A stretch of 64,000 nucleotides of DNA from Escherichia phage slur07. The first letter of the stretch is position 1. The number at the start of each line of letters is the position of its first letter. The stretch lies in sequence record NC_028780.1; one strand, written 5' to 3'. The position numbers and the translations under genes were made by a program. Of the stretch, positions 48,978-58,271 are shown in pieces. The notes beneath the pieces are model-generated. The model had not been told where the DNA came from and searched no databases. It was given only the letters and a program-made list of their open reading frames with translations.

Positions 48978-49142
48978 ATGAAAACATATAAAGAATTTAT
49001 CAAAGAAGATATGGTAGCTGGAGATTCAGGTGGTAATCCTGAAAATATCTCTACTGGAACAACGTCAGGCGCTGTAGTAAATAAAGGTCCTGAACAGATT
49101 CCTAAAAAGAAAAAAGAGGAATCTAAAGAAAAAGAAGAGTAA
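48978..49142 (+). CDS. small protein with internal-protein-type capsid-targeting sequence
   Basis: MKTYKEFIKE N-terminus (IKE cleavage motif), Gly/Ser-rich middle, Lys/Glu-rich tail. Confidence 0.45.
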   Translation: MKTYKEFIKEDMVAGDSGGNPENISTGTTSGAVVNKGPEQIPKKKKEESKEKEE

Positions 49143-49144
49143 AA

Positions 49145-50173
49145 ATGTCATCAATACCTTGGATTGATAATGAGTTTGCATACCGTGCATTAGCTCATTT
49201 ACCTAAATTCACACAAGTAAATAATAGTTCAACTTTTAAATTACGGTTTAGATGTCCTGTTTGTGGAGATTCAAAAACCGACCAGAATAAAGCTCGTGGA
49301 TGGTATTATGGTGATAATAATGAAGGAAATATTCATTGTTATAACTGTAACTATCATGCACCAATCGGAATATATTTAAAGGAGTTTGAACCTGATTTAT
49401 ATCGTGAGTATATCTTTGAAATAAGAAAAGAAAAAGGTAAAAGTCGTCCAGTAGAAAAACCTAAAGAACTTCCTAAACAACCTGAGAAGAAAATAATTAA
49501 ATCTCTTCCGTCATGTGTTAGATTAGATAAACTGGCGGAAGACCATCCAATTATAAAATATGTAAAAGCTCGTTGTATTCCAAAGGATAAATGGAAATAT
49601 CTTTGGTTTACAACCGAATGGCCTAAATTAGTTAATAGTATAGCACCCGGAACATATAAAAAGGAAATACCTGAGCCTCGTCTTGTTATTCCAATTTATA
49701 ATGCTAATGGAAAAGCTGAGTCTTTTCAAGGACGTGCATTAAAGAAAGATGCTCCTCAAAAATATATAACCATCAAAGCTTATCCTGAGGCAACAAAAAT
49801 CTATGGAGTCGAACGAGTTAAAGATGGTGATGTATATGTTCTAGAAGGACCTATAGATTCACTTTTTATTGAAAATGGTATAGCTATTACGGGTGGTCAA
49901 TTAGACCTAGAAGTTGTTCCATTTAAAGATAGACGTGTGTGGGTTTTAGATAATGAACCTCGTCATCCTGACACTATTAAGCGAATGACTAAATTAGTTG
50001 ATGCAGGAGAAAGGGTTATGTTTTGGGATAAATCTCCCTGGAAATCAAAAGATGTTAATGATATGATTAGAAAGGAAGGTGCAACCCCTGAACAAATTAT
50101 GGAATATATGAAAAATAATATTGCCCAGGGGTTGATGGCTAAAATGCGGTTATCTAAATATGCTAAGATTTAA
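49145..50173 (+). CDS. 61: DNA primase
   Basis: 342 aa; zinc ribbon CPVCGDS...CYNCNYH; matches T4 gp61. Confidence 0.93.
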   Translation: MSSIPWIDNEFAYRALAHLPKFTQVNNSSTFKLRFRCPVCGDSKTDQNKARGWYYGDNNEGNIHCYNCNYHAPIGIYLKEFEPDLYREYIFEIRKEKGKSRPVEKPKELPKQPEKKIIKSLPSCVRLDKLAEDHPIIKYVKARCIPKDKWKYLWFTTEWPKLVNSIAPGTYKKEIPEPRLVIPIYNANGKAESFQGRALKKDAPQKYITIKAYPEATKIYGVERVKDGDVYVLEGPIDSLFIENGIAITGGQLDLEVVPFKDRRVWVLDNEPRHPDTIKRMTKLVDAGERVMFWDKSPWKSKDVNDMIRKEGATPEQIMEYMKNNIAQGLMAKMRLSKYAKI

Positions 50174-50370
50174 ATTAACCCAACTAAAGCAAATGCTAAA
50201 TCTACGAATGTATCAAGAGTAACTACTGGAATATTAATACCATGTGCAATTGCAACAGGTGATAAAATAAAGTTCCAGAGTAAAATTCCTACCATAGCAG
50301 AAATAGTAAAAGCTATACGTTTCTTATTACCTTTTATGGCATTAACAAGTGCCATTAATTTTTGTACCAT
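50170..50370 (-). CDS. antisense small membrane protein
   Basis: 66 aa, two hydrophobic helices; AGGAGG SD 4 nt before minus-strand ATG; stop overlaps gene 61 stop. Confidence 0.45.
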   Translation of the reverse strand: MVQKLMALVNAIKGNKKRIAFTISAMVGILLWNFILSPVAIAHGINIPVVTLDTFVDLAFALVGLI

Positions 50371-50383
50371 ATGTCCTCCTTAT

Positions 50384-50407
50384 TGCTTTATATATTTATT
50401 GTATAAT
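50384..50407 (+). promoter_or_regulatory. MotA-box middle promoter
   Basis: TGCTTTA 50384-50390, 11-nt spacer, TATAAT 50402-50407. Confidence 0.5.
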
Positions 50408-50441
50408 TAATCTACTAACCCATGAATTGAAAGGAAAAATA

Positions 50442-50960
50442 ATGGCTCACTTTAATGAATGTGCTCATTTGATCGAAGGTGTTGATAAAGCAAATCGTGC
50501 ATATGCTGAGTATATTATGCACAGTATTGACCCATTGCAGGTTATGCTTGACATGCAGCGGCATTTACAGATTCGTTTGGCTAATGATAAACCAGAAACA
50601 AATCGTCATCCTGATTCACTTGAAACTGCAGGAGAAGTTCTTGCTTGGCTGCGAAACCAAGACGATTATATCGCAGATGAAACTCGCGAGCTATATACTT
50701 CTCTTGGTGGTATGAGTAATGGTGAAAAAGAAGCTTCTGCCGTATGGAAACCTTGGAAGAAACGTTATTCTGAAATGCAATCCAAGAAAATTCAAGACTT
50801 ATCTCCTGAAGATCAACTTGAAATTAAATTTGAACTGATTGATCAATTTCACTTTTTCATGAATAAATTCATTGCTCTTGGAATGTCAGCTGAAGAAATA
50901 TTTAAACTTTATTATCTGAAAAATGCTGAAAACTTCGCTCGTCAAGACAGAGGCTATTAA
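50442..50960 (+). CDS. 56: dCTPase/dUTPase (dCTP pyrophosphatase)
   Basis: 172 aa starting MAHFNECAHLIEG; size and position match T4 gp56. Confidence 0.8.
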   Translation: MAHFNECAHLIEGVDKANRAYAEYIMHSIDPLQVMLDMQRHLQIRLANDKPETNRHPDSLETAGEVLAWLRNQDDYIADETRELYTSLGGMSNGEKEASAVWKPWKKRYSEMQSKKIQDLSPEDQLEIKFELIDQFHFFMNKFIALGMSAEEIFKLYYLKNAENFARQDRGY

Positions 50961-51163
50961 TGGCTCGTTTAAATAAACGTCAGCTTAAGAAAGCCCGCAA
51001 GAAACGTATTGACCAGCTATTTAAAGATTATGACAAGGAGCTCGTATGTGAGTTCTTATCTAATCAGCTTCGCAAAGCTTACACAATTAAAACTGGGCAT
51101 ATACCATTAGGCAAGTGGGTACATGAAGAAGCCTTAAAATTAATTATAGAGCATTCAAAATGA
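50960..51163 (+). CDS. basic small protein
   Basis: 67 aa, Lys/Arg-rich N-terminus. Confidence 0.45.
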   Translation: MARLNKRQLKKARKKRIDQLFKDYDKELVCEFLSNQLRKAYTIKTGHIPLGKWVHEEALKLIIEHSK

Positions 51164-51369
51164 AATTTAATTTTTATGCATGGCAAAAAGCCGGGAGACC
51201 GGCTAGTCGAGCATTTGGTTCTGATGGATATAATATTAGAGCCCATTGGAAATTTAATGCTCCAGACGATTATTCTCCGGTAATTATTAACGGCGATGTT
51301 GTTATATTAACTAAAATTGGATATTTTACCGTTCCGCGAGAATTTATTATAAATAATCATGTAATTTAA
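51160..51369 (+). CDS. hypothetical small protein
   Basis: 69-aa ORF. Confidence 0.45.
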   Translation: MKFNFYAWQKAGRPASRAFGSDGYNIRAHWKFNAPDDYSPVIINGDVVILTKIGYFTVPREFIINNHVI

Positions 51370-51385
51370 ATAAAAGGAGAATTAC

Positions 51386-51631
51386 ATGGCTAGTACTCGC
51401 GGTTATGTTAATATCAAAACATTTGAGCAGAAATTAGATGGAAATAAGAAAATTGAAGGAAAGGAAATTTCCGTAGCTTTCCCTCTTTATTCTGACGTTC
51501 ACAAAATTTCTGGCGCTCATTACCAGACATTCCCTTCAGAAAAAGCAGCATATTCTACAGTATATGAAGAAAATCAACGTACTGAATGGATTGCTGCAAA
51601 TGAAGATTTGTGGAAAGTAACTGGTGAATAA
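51386..51631 (+). CDS. soc: small outer capsid protein
   Basis: 81 codons starting MASTRGYVNIKTFEQKLDGNKK; matches T4 Soc. Confidence 0.85.
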   Translation: MASTRGYVNIKTFEQKLDGNKKIEGKEISVAFPLYSDVHKISGAHYQTFPSEKAAYSTVYEENQRTEWIAANEDLWKVTGE

Positions 51632-51635
51632 ATTC

Positions 51636-51662
51636 AAGGACTCCTTCGGGAGTCCTTTTTTC
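51636..51662 (+). terminator. rho-independent terminator
   Basis: AAGGACTCC-TTCG-GGAGTCCTT followed by TTTTTT. Confidence 0.6.
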
Positions 51663-51671
51663 ATTTAAACG

Positions 51672-51701
51672 GTTTACTTTCCAAAATGAGTATGGTATAA
51701 T
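51672..51701 (+). promoter_or_regulatory. T4-type early promoter
   Basis: GTTTAC 51672-51677, TATAAT 51696-51701. Confidence 0.6.
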
Positions 51702-51727
51702 AGAATTATCTTATAGAGGAGAGCACT

Positions 51728-51934
51728 ATGTTAAATCGTTGGATTAAACCAAATGAAGATTTAGATATTATCATTTCACGGCATGTAATGAAGAAATATG
51801 AACTGCAACCATGGTCTACAGAAGTTGTTGTTCATTCATTTATGATGTACGCAGATGGTTCTGTCGAATTTAATGCAGAAATTCGATATGATTATGGCGA
51901 AAAGCAAGTCGAATTCAAGAGAGGCTTTTTGTAA
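51728..51934 (+). CDS. hypothetical small protein
   Basis: 68-aa ORF. Confidence 0.45.
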   Translation: MLNRWIKPNEDLDIIISRHVMKKYELQPWSTEVVVHSFMMYADGSVEFNAEIRYDYGEKQVEFKRGFL

Positions 51935-52275
51935 TGTTTATCTTTAATTGGTTTAAAAGTTTCTTTACAGATTTTTTCTCTACAACTCCGGGAGAAGGTG
52001 TAGTTCCTATTTCAAATGACTATCTTCCTTTAACTGTAGTTGAATATGTTTATATGGGAGATGGAACAGTAGAAGCAGTTACTATGACTTATGAAGAAGC
52101 CCAAGAATATTATAAAAATCCTTGGCGCTGGTCAGTACCTACTACATCATCTAATGCACAGAATACACAGTCTAGTTCTGATTCATATGACACCAATGTT
52201 CCTGTTCATGTATGGGCAGGTGATTCATGTGGAAGTTCTTGTGATTCTAGTTGTTCATCTACATCTTGTGATTGA
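51934..52275 (+). CDS. hypothetical protein with Cys/Ser-rich C-terminal tail
   Basis: 113 aa ending [18 protein letters not shown]. Confidence 0.45.
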   Translation: MFIFNWFKSFFTDFFSTTPGEGVVPISNDYLPLTVVEYVYMGDGTVEAVTMTYEEAQEYYKNPWRWSVPTTSSNAQNTQSSSDSYDTNVPVHVWAGDSCGSSCDSSCSSTSCD

Positions 52276-52283
52276 GGAAAATT

Positions 52284-52769
52284 ATGGAAGCGATTTTGTT
52301 TGAAATGTATATTAGCAGTAATAGCATGTCGTTTGCTAAAGATGTTCCAATTACTGTAGCCGTAGTGATTGATAAGGGTTATTGTAACCCTATGTATCTC
52401 GTAGAAAATTTCGTTTCAATGCCAGTTCCAGAAGATGTTGAAATAAAACTTAAAAAGATCGGAATTATTGAAACTGTGCCAAATAGTCCGTTTAGAGCAA
52501 TTGAAGCATTTACTAAATCCGAATACATTAATGTTAGCGCAGAACAATATAATGGTAATCCTTTATCTTTTTATTCGTACGATTCAGTATATGACTGGAA
52601 AATAAATGAAGGAAATAAATTTATAATTGCGAGTGAAGATGCTTTATCATACTTTATTTATTATGTATGGAATAATTTAAATCCAAAATTGCTAAAAATT
52701 CATGAATTTGACGATGCTCCTACTATTGTTTTAGGTAAAACAAATGAAAGTTCTGAAGAAAATGCTTGA
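52284..52769 (+). CDS. hypothetical protein
   Basis: 161 aa from ATG 52284 (GAGGAAA RBS). Confidence 0.5.
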   Translation: MEAILFEMYISSNSMSFAKDVPITVAVVIDKGYCNPMYLVENFVSMPVPEDVEIKLKKIGIIETVPNSPFRAIEAFTKSEYINVSAEQYNGNPLSFYSYDSVYDWKINEGNKFIIASEDALSYFIYYVWNNLNPKLLKIHEFDDAPTIVLGKTNESSEENA

Positions 52770-52947
52770 ATGGTTCAATAGACCAAACTCAATGTATATT
52801 GACGATGGTTGGGTTGAACAGGCAAATAAAGAAATGCAGAACGAATCGGAAGAATGGATGAAATCTATGATTAAAGCTGAGCAAGAAAAGAAATTAGAAC
52901 GCTCAGCGCTTAAATTGATGAGAGATATCTATGGGGATAAATCATGA
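52744..52947 (+). CDS. hypothetical small protein
   Basis: 67-aa ORF. Confidence 0.4.
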   Translation: MKVLKKMLEWFNRPNSMYIDDGWVEQANKEMQNESEEWMKSMIKAEQEKKLERSALKLMRDIYGDKS

Positions 52948-53088
52948 ACAGAGATATGACGCTAGAAGAGGCCAAGGCTAAAGCAAATGAAGCACTGGAT
53001 TTGCTTCTTAAAATGATGGAAGAAAATGAGAAATATATCCAGGAAAACAAAATTCCTGACGGCCCATTAGTAGGCAAGAGGAAATCAC

Positions 53089-53559
53089 ATGATTGAAGTA
53101 GCAAAACATTATTCAATAGAATTTATGTCTAAAGAAGGTAAATCAGTAAATACACTTGATAAAAAGTGCTCATTAATTATTCCTTTAGCAGAAAATCCGG
53201 ATATTTTAATTAAAGATATAAAAGAAAGAAAATATCCAGAAAATGTTATTCTAATTATAAAGCATACTGAAGATATTTTGCAGAATACTGATTCACCTTT
53301 TTCTTCTTCTGAAGCTTTAACTATTAAAGGCTATAAAAGAGCCCATGAATATGGTCTTTTTGACCTGTTTGAAGACGATAAAGTTAAATTAGCGAGTCAA
53401 CCTTCTAAAAGTAAATCATTCATTATTGAAGATATTAAAGATATAAATGCATTTGTTAAGATGGTCTGGGCTCATTTTGATGTTGGACTACGCTGGAGAA
53501 TGTCCGAAGAAGAAAGAAAGATTATTGAAGCTAATCGTCAATTTGGTTTTTATCGCTAG
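53089..53559 (+). CDS. hypothetical protein
   Basis: 156-aa ORF. Confidence 0.5.
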   Translation: MIEVAKHYSIEFMSKEGKSVNTLDKKCSLIIPLAENPDILIKDIKERKYPENVILIIKHTEDILQNTDSPFSSSEALTIKGYKRAHEYGLFDLFEDDKVKLASQPSKSKSFIIEDIKDINAFVKMVWAHFDVGLRWRMSEEERKIIEANRQFGFYR

Positions 53560-53567
53560 GAATTAAT

Positions 53568-53750
53568 ATGGATTTATTTGAGATGTTAGAAGATAATCAT
53601 TTTACGAATAACCAGAATGATTCCAGTGATTATAAGAAAGAGTACCGTATAGTATTACAGAATTATGGAATTGAAGCCCCAGATGCTCTTCTAGAAGAAC
53701 TAGCTTCATACCATCTTGACCCTCCGCCCTGGGCTCCCTGGGCAAAATAA
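53568..53750 (+). CDS. hypothetical small protein
   Basis: 60-aa ORF. Confidence 0.4.
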   Translation: MDLFEMLEDNHFTNNQNDSSDYKKEYRIVLQNYGIEAPDALLEELASYHLDPPPWAPWAK

Positions 53751-53761
53751 TTCAAAAAGTT

Positions 53762-53791
53762 GTTTACTTTCCTTTCTAACGATGATATGAT
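53762..53791 (+). promoter_or_regulatory. T4-type early promoter
   Basis: GTTTAC 53762-53767, TATGAT 53786-53791. Confidence 0.5.
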
Positions 53792-53817
53792 AGCTTCTGA
53801 AGTATACGGAGGCTATC

Positions 53818-54441
53818 ATGATTATTAATCTTGCAGATGTTGAACAGTTATCTATAAAAGCTGAAAGCGTTGATTTTCAATATGATATGTATAAAAAGGT
53901 CTGTGAAAAATTTACTGACTTTGAACAATCCGTTCTTTGGCAATGTATGGAAGCCAAAAAGAATGAAGCTCTTCATAGGCAGTTGAATAAAATCATTAAA
54001 AAGCATTTAACTAAATCACCTTATCAGTTATATCGTGGTATATCAAAATCAACAGAAGAACTCATTAAAGATTTACAAGTTGGAGAAGTGTTTTCAACGA
54101 ACAGAGTAGATTCATTTACTACTAGTTTGCACACAGCATGTGGTTTTTCTTATGTTGAGTATTTCACTGAAATAATATTTCGCTTAAAAACTGATAAAGC
54201 TTTTAATTATTCTGACCATATCAGCGATATTATACTTTCTTCTCCTAATACTGAGTTTAAGTACACGTATGAAGATACTGATGGGCTAGATTCAGAGCGT
54301 ACTGATAACTTAATGATGATTGTGCGTGAACAAGAATGGATGATTCCAATTGGAAAGTATAGAATAACTTCTATTTCAAAAGAAAAATTACACAATTCAT
54401 TTGGAACATTTAAAGTTTATGATATTGAGGTAGTTGAATGA
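53818..54441 (+). CDS. modB: ADP-ribosyltransferase (ModB-like)
   Basis: 207 aa; R-S-E motifs (YRGIS, SxTTS, EQEWMIP); paralogue of next ORF. Confidence 0.7.
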   Translation: MIINLADVEQLSIKAESVDFQYDMYKKVCEKFTDFEQSVLWQCMEAKKNEALHRQLNKIIKKHLTKSPYQLYRGISKSTEELIKDLQVGEVFSTNRVDSFTTSLHTACGFSYVEYFTEIIFRLKTDKAFNYSDHISDIILSSPNTEFKYTYEDTDGLDSERTDNLMMIVREQEWMIPIGKYRITSISKEKLHNSFGTFKVYDIEVVE

Positions 54442-55040
54442 AATACTCAGTAATGCAACTAAAAGATTTTAAAATAAAATCAATGGATGCATCGGTGCGT
54501 GCTTCTATTCGTGAAGAATTACTTTCTGAAGGGTTTAATTTATCTGAAATTGAACTTTTAATTCATTGTATTACTAATAAACCAGATGACCATACTTGGT
54601 TAAATGAAATAATCAAATCTCGTTTGGTTCCAAACGATAAACCTCTTTGGAGAGGTGTTCCAGCTGAGACTAAACAAGTATTAAATCAAGGAATTGATAT
54701 TATTACATTTGATAAAGTCGTATCAGCTTCATATGATAAAAATGTAGCTCTACATTTTGCTTCCGGTTTAGAGTATAACACACAAGTTATTTTTGAATTC
54801 AAAGCTCCTATGGTATTCAATTTCCAGGAGTATGCTATAAAAGCTCTACGCTGTAAAGAATACAATCCAAACTTTAAGTTTCCGGATAGTCATCGTTATC
54901 GTAATATGGAATTAGTTTCAGATGAACAAGAAGTAATGATACCAGCTGGAAGTGTATTTAGAATTGCAGATAGATATGAGTATAAAAAGTATTCAACATA
55001 CACTATCTATACTCTTGATTTTGAAGGATTTAATCTATAA
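54438..55040 (+). CDS. modA: ADP-ribosyltransferase (ModA-like)
   Basis: 200 aa; WRGVP, SASY, EQEVMIP. Confidence 0.7.
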   Translation: MKYSVMQLKDFKIKSMDASVRASIREELLSEGFNLSEIELLIHCITNKPDDHTWLNEIIKSRLVPNDKPLWRGVPAETKQVLNQGIDIITFDKVVSASYDKNVALHFASGLEYNTQVIFEFKAPMVFNFQEYAIKALRCKEYNPNFKFPDSHRYRNMELVSDEQEVMIPAGSVFRIADRYEYKKYSTYTIYTLDFEGFNL

Positions 55041-55096
55041 TGGAAGGACTTAGATTCATTATACCATGAAAGTTTTAAAGCATTTTTCATAAAATT

Positions 55097-55126
55097 GTTT
55101 ACAAGCCAAGGTAAAAATGTTATAGT
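55097..55126 (+). promoter_or_regulatory. T4-type early promoter
   Basis: GTTTAC 55097-55102, TATAGT 55121-55126. Confidence 0.55.
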
Positions 55127-55161
55127 ATAGTAGTCAACCGTCCGTAAGATGTGAGAAAAAT

Positions 55162-55908
55162 ATGAAACTGTCTAATAATCAAATTCGTAAAATTAAACGT
55201 CGTCTAGAGCATACCCAGGCATCTGCAAAAAGACGTTCTAAAGATTTTAACTTAGACTTCAATTACATTAAGAACATTTTAGATCAGAAAGTTTGTGCTT
55301 ACTCAGGAGAACCTTTTGATAATCGTGTTGAAGGAGAGAAATTATCATTAGAACGTTTTGATAATAACGTTGGATACATTAAAGGGAATGTTATTGCAGT
55401 AAAGAAAAAGTATAATACATTTCGTTCTGATTATACTTTAGAAGAGTTGATTGAAAAGCGTGATTTATTTGCTTTGCGAATTGGTCGTTCATCTGCGAAA
55501 AAAGTTCATAAACTAAATTTAGATGAAAAGAAATGGGCTAAAATCAAAAAGACTTATAATCAAATTAAAGCTATACAGAAAAAACGTGAAAACCGAATTG
55601 AACACATTTCTCAGCTTTCTAAATCAAAACAGACCTCTGACATTAAGCTAAGGATTATAGCACTTAAAGCACGTATTGATGGTTCTCGCATAGCAGAAGG
55701 CGCTGAAGTTGTTAAATTGAACGTTCTTCTTAAAGGCTCGGATTGGAAAATTGTGAAAAAGCTGTCAGAAGCAGAAATGCAATATGATATGTGTGATAAA
55801 ATTATTCAAGGTGTAGAGCGGTATCAAAATTTGTCTTTTATTGATAAACTTAAACTGAAAAGAGGATACCCGCTAAATTGTTCAATTTTTAAACTTATCC
55901 GAGGATAA
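55162..55908 (+). CDS. hypothetical protein (position and size of T4 srd)
   Basis: 248 aa, basic; between modA and dda region. Confidence 0.5.
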   Translation: MKLSNNQIRKIKRRLEHTQASAKRRSKDFNLDFNYIKNILDQKVCAYSGEPFDNRVEGEKLSLERFDNNVGYIKGNVIAVKKKYNTFRSDYTLEELIEKRDLFALRIGRSSAKKVHKLNLDEKKWAKIKKTYNQIKAIQKKRENRIEHISQLSKSKQTSDIKLRIIALKARIDGSRIAEGAEVVKLNVLLKGSDWKIVKKLSEAEMQYDMCDKIIQGVERYQNLSFIDKLKLKRGYPLNCSIFKLIRG

Positions 55909-55909
55909 T

Positions 55910-56221
55910 ATGGTTTATGTATATGCGATAGTTTACCGAGACAAAGACGGATTTACAGCGCCAGTTCCACTTGATGAACATCGTCCTGCTGTATTTTTTG
56001 AATGGAATATTGCTGATAAAGTATTTACTACTCTTAAAGAGCAGTATCGACTAGCTTTAGGTAAGGGAATTCCAAGATTAGTTGAGACTCCACGTAAATT
56101 TTGGTTTAATAAAATAGAAGTTAAACATGTTAAGCCTGATGTAGACACACAAAGATTATATCAGCGAATTTTAGATACTGGGCGTATTGTTAGTATACCA
56201 ATTGCAGGGAATTTACGATGA
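55910..56221 (+). CDS. hypothetical protein
   Basis: 103-aa ORF directly upstream of dda. Confidence 0.5.
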   Translation: MVYVYAIVYRDKDGFTAPVPLDEHRPAVFFEWNIADKVFTTLKEQYRLALGKGIPRLVETPRKFWFNKIEVKHVKPDVDTQRLYQRILDTGRIVSIPIAGNLR

Positions 56222-57537
56222 CATTTGATGATTTGACCGAAGGCCAGAAAAATGCCTTTAACACTGTTATGAAGGCTATTAAAGAAAAGAAACACCATGT
56301 AACTATTAATGGACCTGCCGGTACCGGTAAGACTACTCTTACTAAGTTCATCATTGAAGCTTTAATATCTACGGGTGAAACTGGTATTATTTTAGCAGCT
56401 CCTACTCATGCAGCTAAAAAGATTCTTTCAAAACTATCAGGGAAAGAAGCAAGTACTATTCATAGTATTCTTAAAATTAACCCAGTTACGTATGAAGAAA
56501 ACGTTCTTTTTGAACAAAAAGAAGTACCAGATTTAGCTAAATGCAGGGTATTAATCTGCGACGAAGTGTCAATGTATGATAGAAAGCTCTTCAAAATTTT
56601 GCTTTCAACTATCCCACCATGGTGTACTATAATTGGAATAGGCGATAATAAGCAAATTAGACCTGTTGACCCAGGAGAAAATACTGCTTATATCAGTCCA
56701 TTCTTTACACACAAAGATTTTTATCAGTGTGAACTTACTGAAGTTAAACGCAGTAATGCTCCTATTATTGATGTAGCTACTGACGTTCGTAACGGTAAGT
56801 GGATTTATGATAAAGTTGTTGACGGTCATGGAGTACGTGGATTTACCGGTGATACCGCTTTACGCGATTTTATGGTAAATTATTTTTCAATCGTCAAATC
56901 ACTAGATGATTTGTTTGAAAATCGCGTAATGGCATTTACGAATAAATCTGTTGATAAGTTAAATAGCATCATTCGTAAAAAGATTTTTGAAACTGATAAA
57001 GATTTTATTGTCGGTGAAATTATTGTAATGCAGGAACCATTAATTAAAACATATAAAATTGATGGAAAGCCTGTGTCAGAAATTATTTTTAATAACGGAC
57101 AATTAGTTCGTATTATAGAAGCAGAGTATACATCGACGTTTGTTAAAGCTCGTGGTGTTCCTGGAGAATATCTAATTCGTCATTGGGATTTAACAGTAGA
57201 AACTTACGGCGATGATGAATATTATCGTGAAAAGATTAAAATAATTTCATCCGATGAAGAATTGTATAAGTTTAACCTATTTTTAGGTAAAACGGCAGAA
57301 ACTTATAAAAATTGGAACAAAGGCGGAAAAGCTCCGTGGAGTGATTTTTGGGATGCTAAATCACAGTTCAGTAAAGTGAAAGCACTTCCTGCATCAACAT
57401 TCCATAAAGCGCAGGGTATGTCTGTAGACCGTGCTTTCATTTATACGCCTTGTATTCATTATGCAGATGCTGAATTAGCTCAGCAGCTTCTTTATGTTGG
57501 TGTCACTCGTGGTCGTTATGATGTGTTTTATGTGTGA
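56218..57537 (+). CDS. dda: SF1 DNA helicase Dda
   Basis: 439 aa; Walker A GPAGTGKTT, Walker B CDEVSM. Confidence 0.93.
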   Translation: MTFDDLTEGQKNAFNTVMKAIKEKKHHVTINGPAGTGKTTLTKFIIEALISTGETGIILAAPTHAAKKILSKLSGKEASTIHSILKINPVTYEENVLFEQKEVPDLAKCRVLICDEVSMYDRKLFKILLSTIPPWCTIIGIGDNKQIRPVDPGENTAYISPFFTHKDFYQCELTEVKRSNAPIIDVATDVRNGKWIYDKVVDGHGVRGFTGDTALRDFMVNYFSIVKSLDDLFENRVMAFTNKSVDKLNSIIRKKIFETDKDFIVGEIIVMQEPLIKTYKIDGKPVSEIIFNNGQLVRIIEAEYTSTFVKARGVPGEYLIRHWDLTVETYGDDEYYREKIKIISSDEELYKFNLFLGKTAETYKNWNKGGKAPWSDFWDAKSQFSKVKALPASTFHKAQGMSVDRAFIYTPCIHYADAELAQQLLYVGVTRGRYDVFYV

Positions 57538-57543
57538 GGATAT

Positions 57544-57804
57544 ATGATTAACATCAATTCAAAATATTTAAATCGTCTAATAGATGGTATAAGGAAGCAT
57601 ACTAATAAGCAAGATAATCTTAATGTTATGGTAACAGGAGCTGAGCTCCTTCATAAGCTTTATCTTATAAGTGATACTATATTAGCAATTAAACGAATTG
57701 AAAAACAATCATATCACAGTAATACAGATACGGTAATTACACTAGATGAAAGTGTCTGTAAATTACTAATTAAATTTGAGGAAGCTATTCGTGGAAATAA
57801 CTAA
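57544..57804 (+). CDS. small protein (tandem paralogue 1 of 3)
   Basis: 86-aa ORF. Confidence 0.45.
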   Translation: MININSKYLNRLIDGIRKHTNKQDNLNVMVTGAELLHKLYLISDTILAIKRIEKQSYHSNTDTVITLDESVCKLLIKFEEAIRGNN

Positions 57805-58036
57805 AGATCAGTTTTATCTTCTTCAGGATAAAGTTAGCGAAATTTATGAAATTGCTCATGGTAAAAATCGTGAAACTGTAAAAATTGAATCTAGTAAGTT
57901 GATGCTTCAATTAGAAGAAATTGAACGAGATTTAATTGCGTTAGAATTCTTTTGCGGTGAAGTGAAAACTGTTACAATTAATGATTATGTTTTAGGCGAA
58001 ATTAGCTATCTTTATGAGGCGATTATTAATGATTGA
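57791..58036 (+). CDS. small protein (tandem paralogue 2 of 3)
   Basis: GTG start after GAGGAAG; LEEIERDL...INDYVLGEI shared with next ORF. Confidence 0.45.
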   Translation: MEITKDQFYLLQDKVSEIYEIAHGKNRETVKIESSKLMLQLEEIERDLIALEFFCGEVKTVTINDYVLGEISYLYEAIIND

Positions 58037-58271
58037 ATTAAGTTGGTACCAATTTAAATCTCTTATGACAAATGTTAAAGCTGTCATTAAAGAAAATCAG
58101 GGTCCTGAAAATATTACTATTCGCGAAAAAGCTTTAAAGATAGTATACAGTCTTGAAGAAATACAAAAAGACATTGAATCTATGGCAAAATTTATTGATG
58201 AGCCTATCAATAAAGTTTATATTCAAGACTATACTGTAGGTCAAATTCGTGATTTAGCGAGGAAAATTTAA
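58029..58271 (+). CDS. small protein (tandem paralogue 3 of 3)
   Basis: 80 aa; LEEIQKDI...IQDYTVGQI. Confidence 0.45.
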   Translation: MIELSWYQFKSLMTNVKAVIKENQGPENITIREKALKIVYSLEEIQKDIESMAKFIDEPINKVYIQDYTVGQIRDLARKI

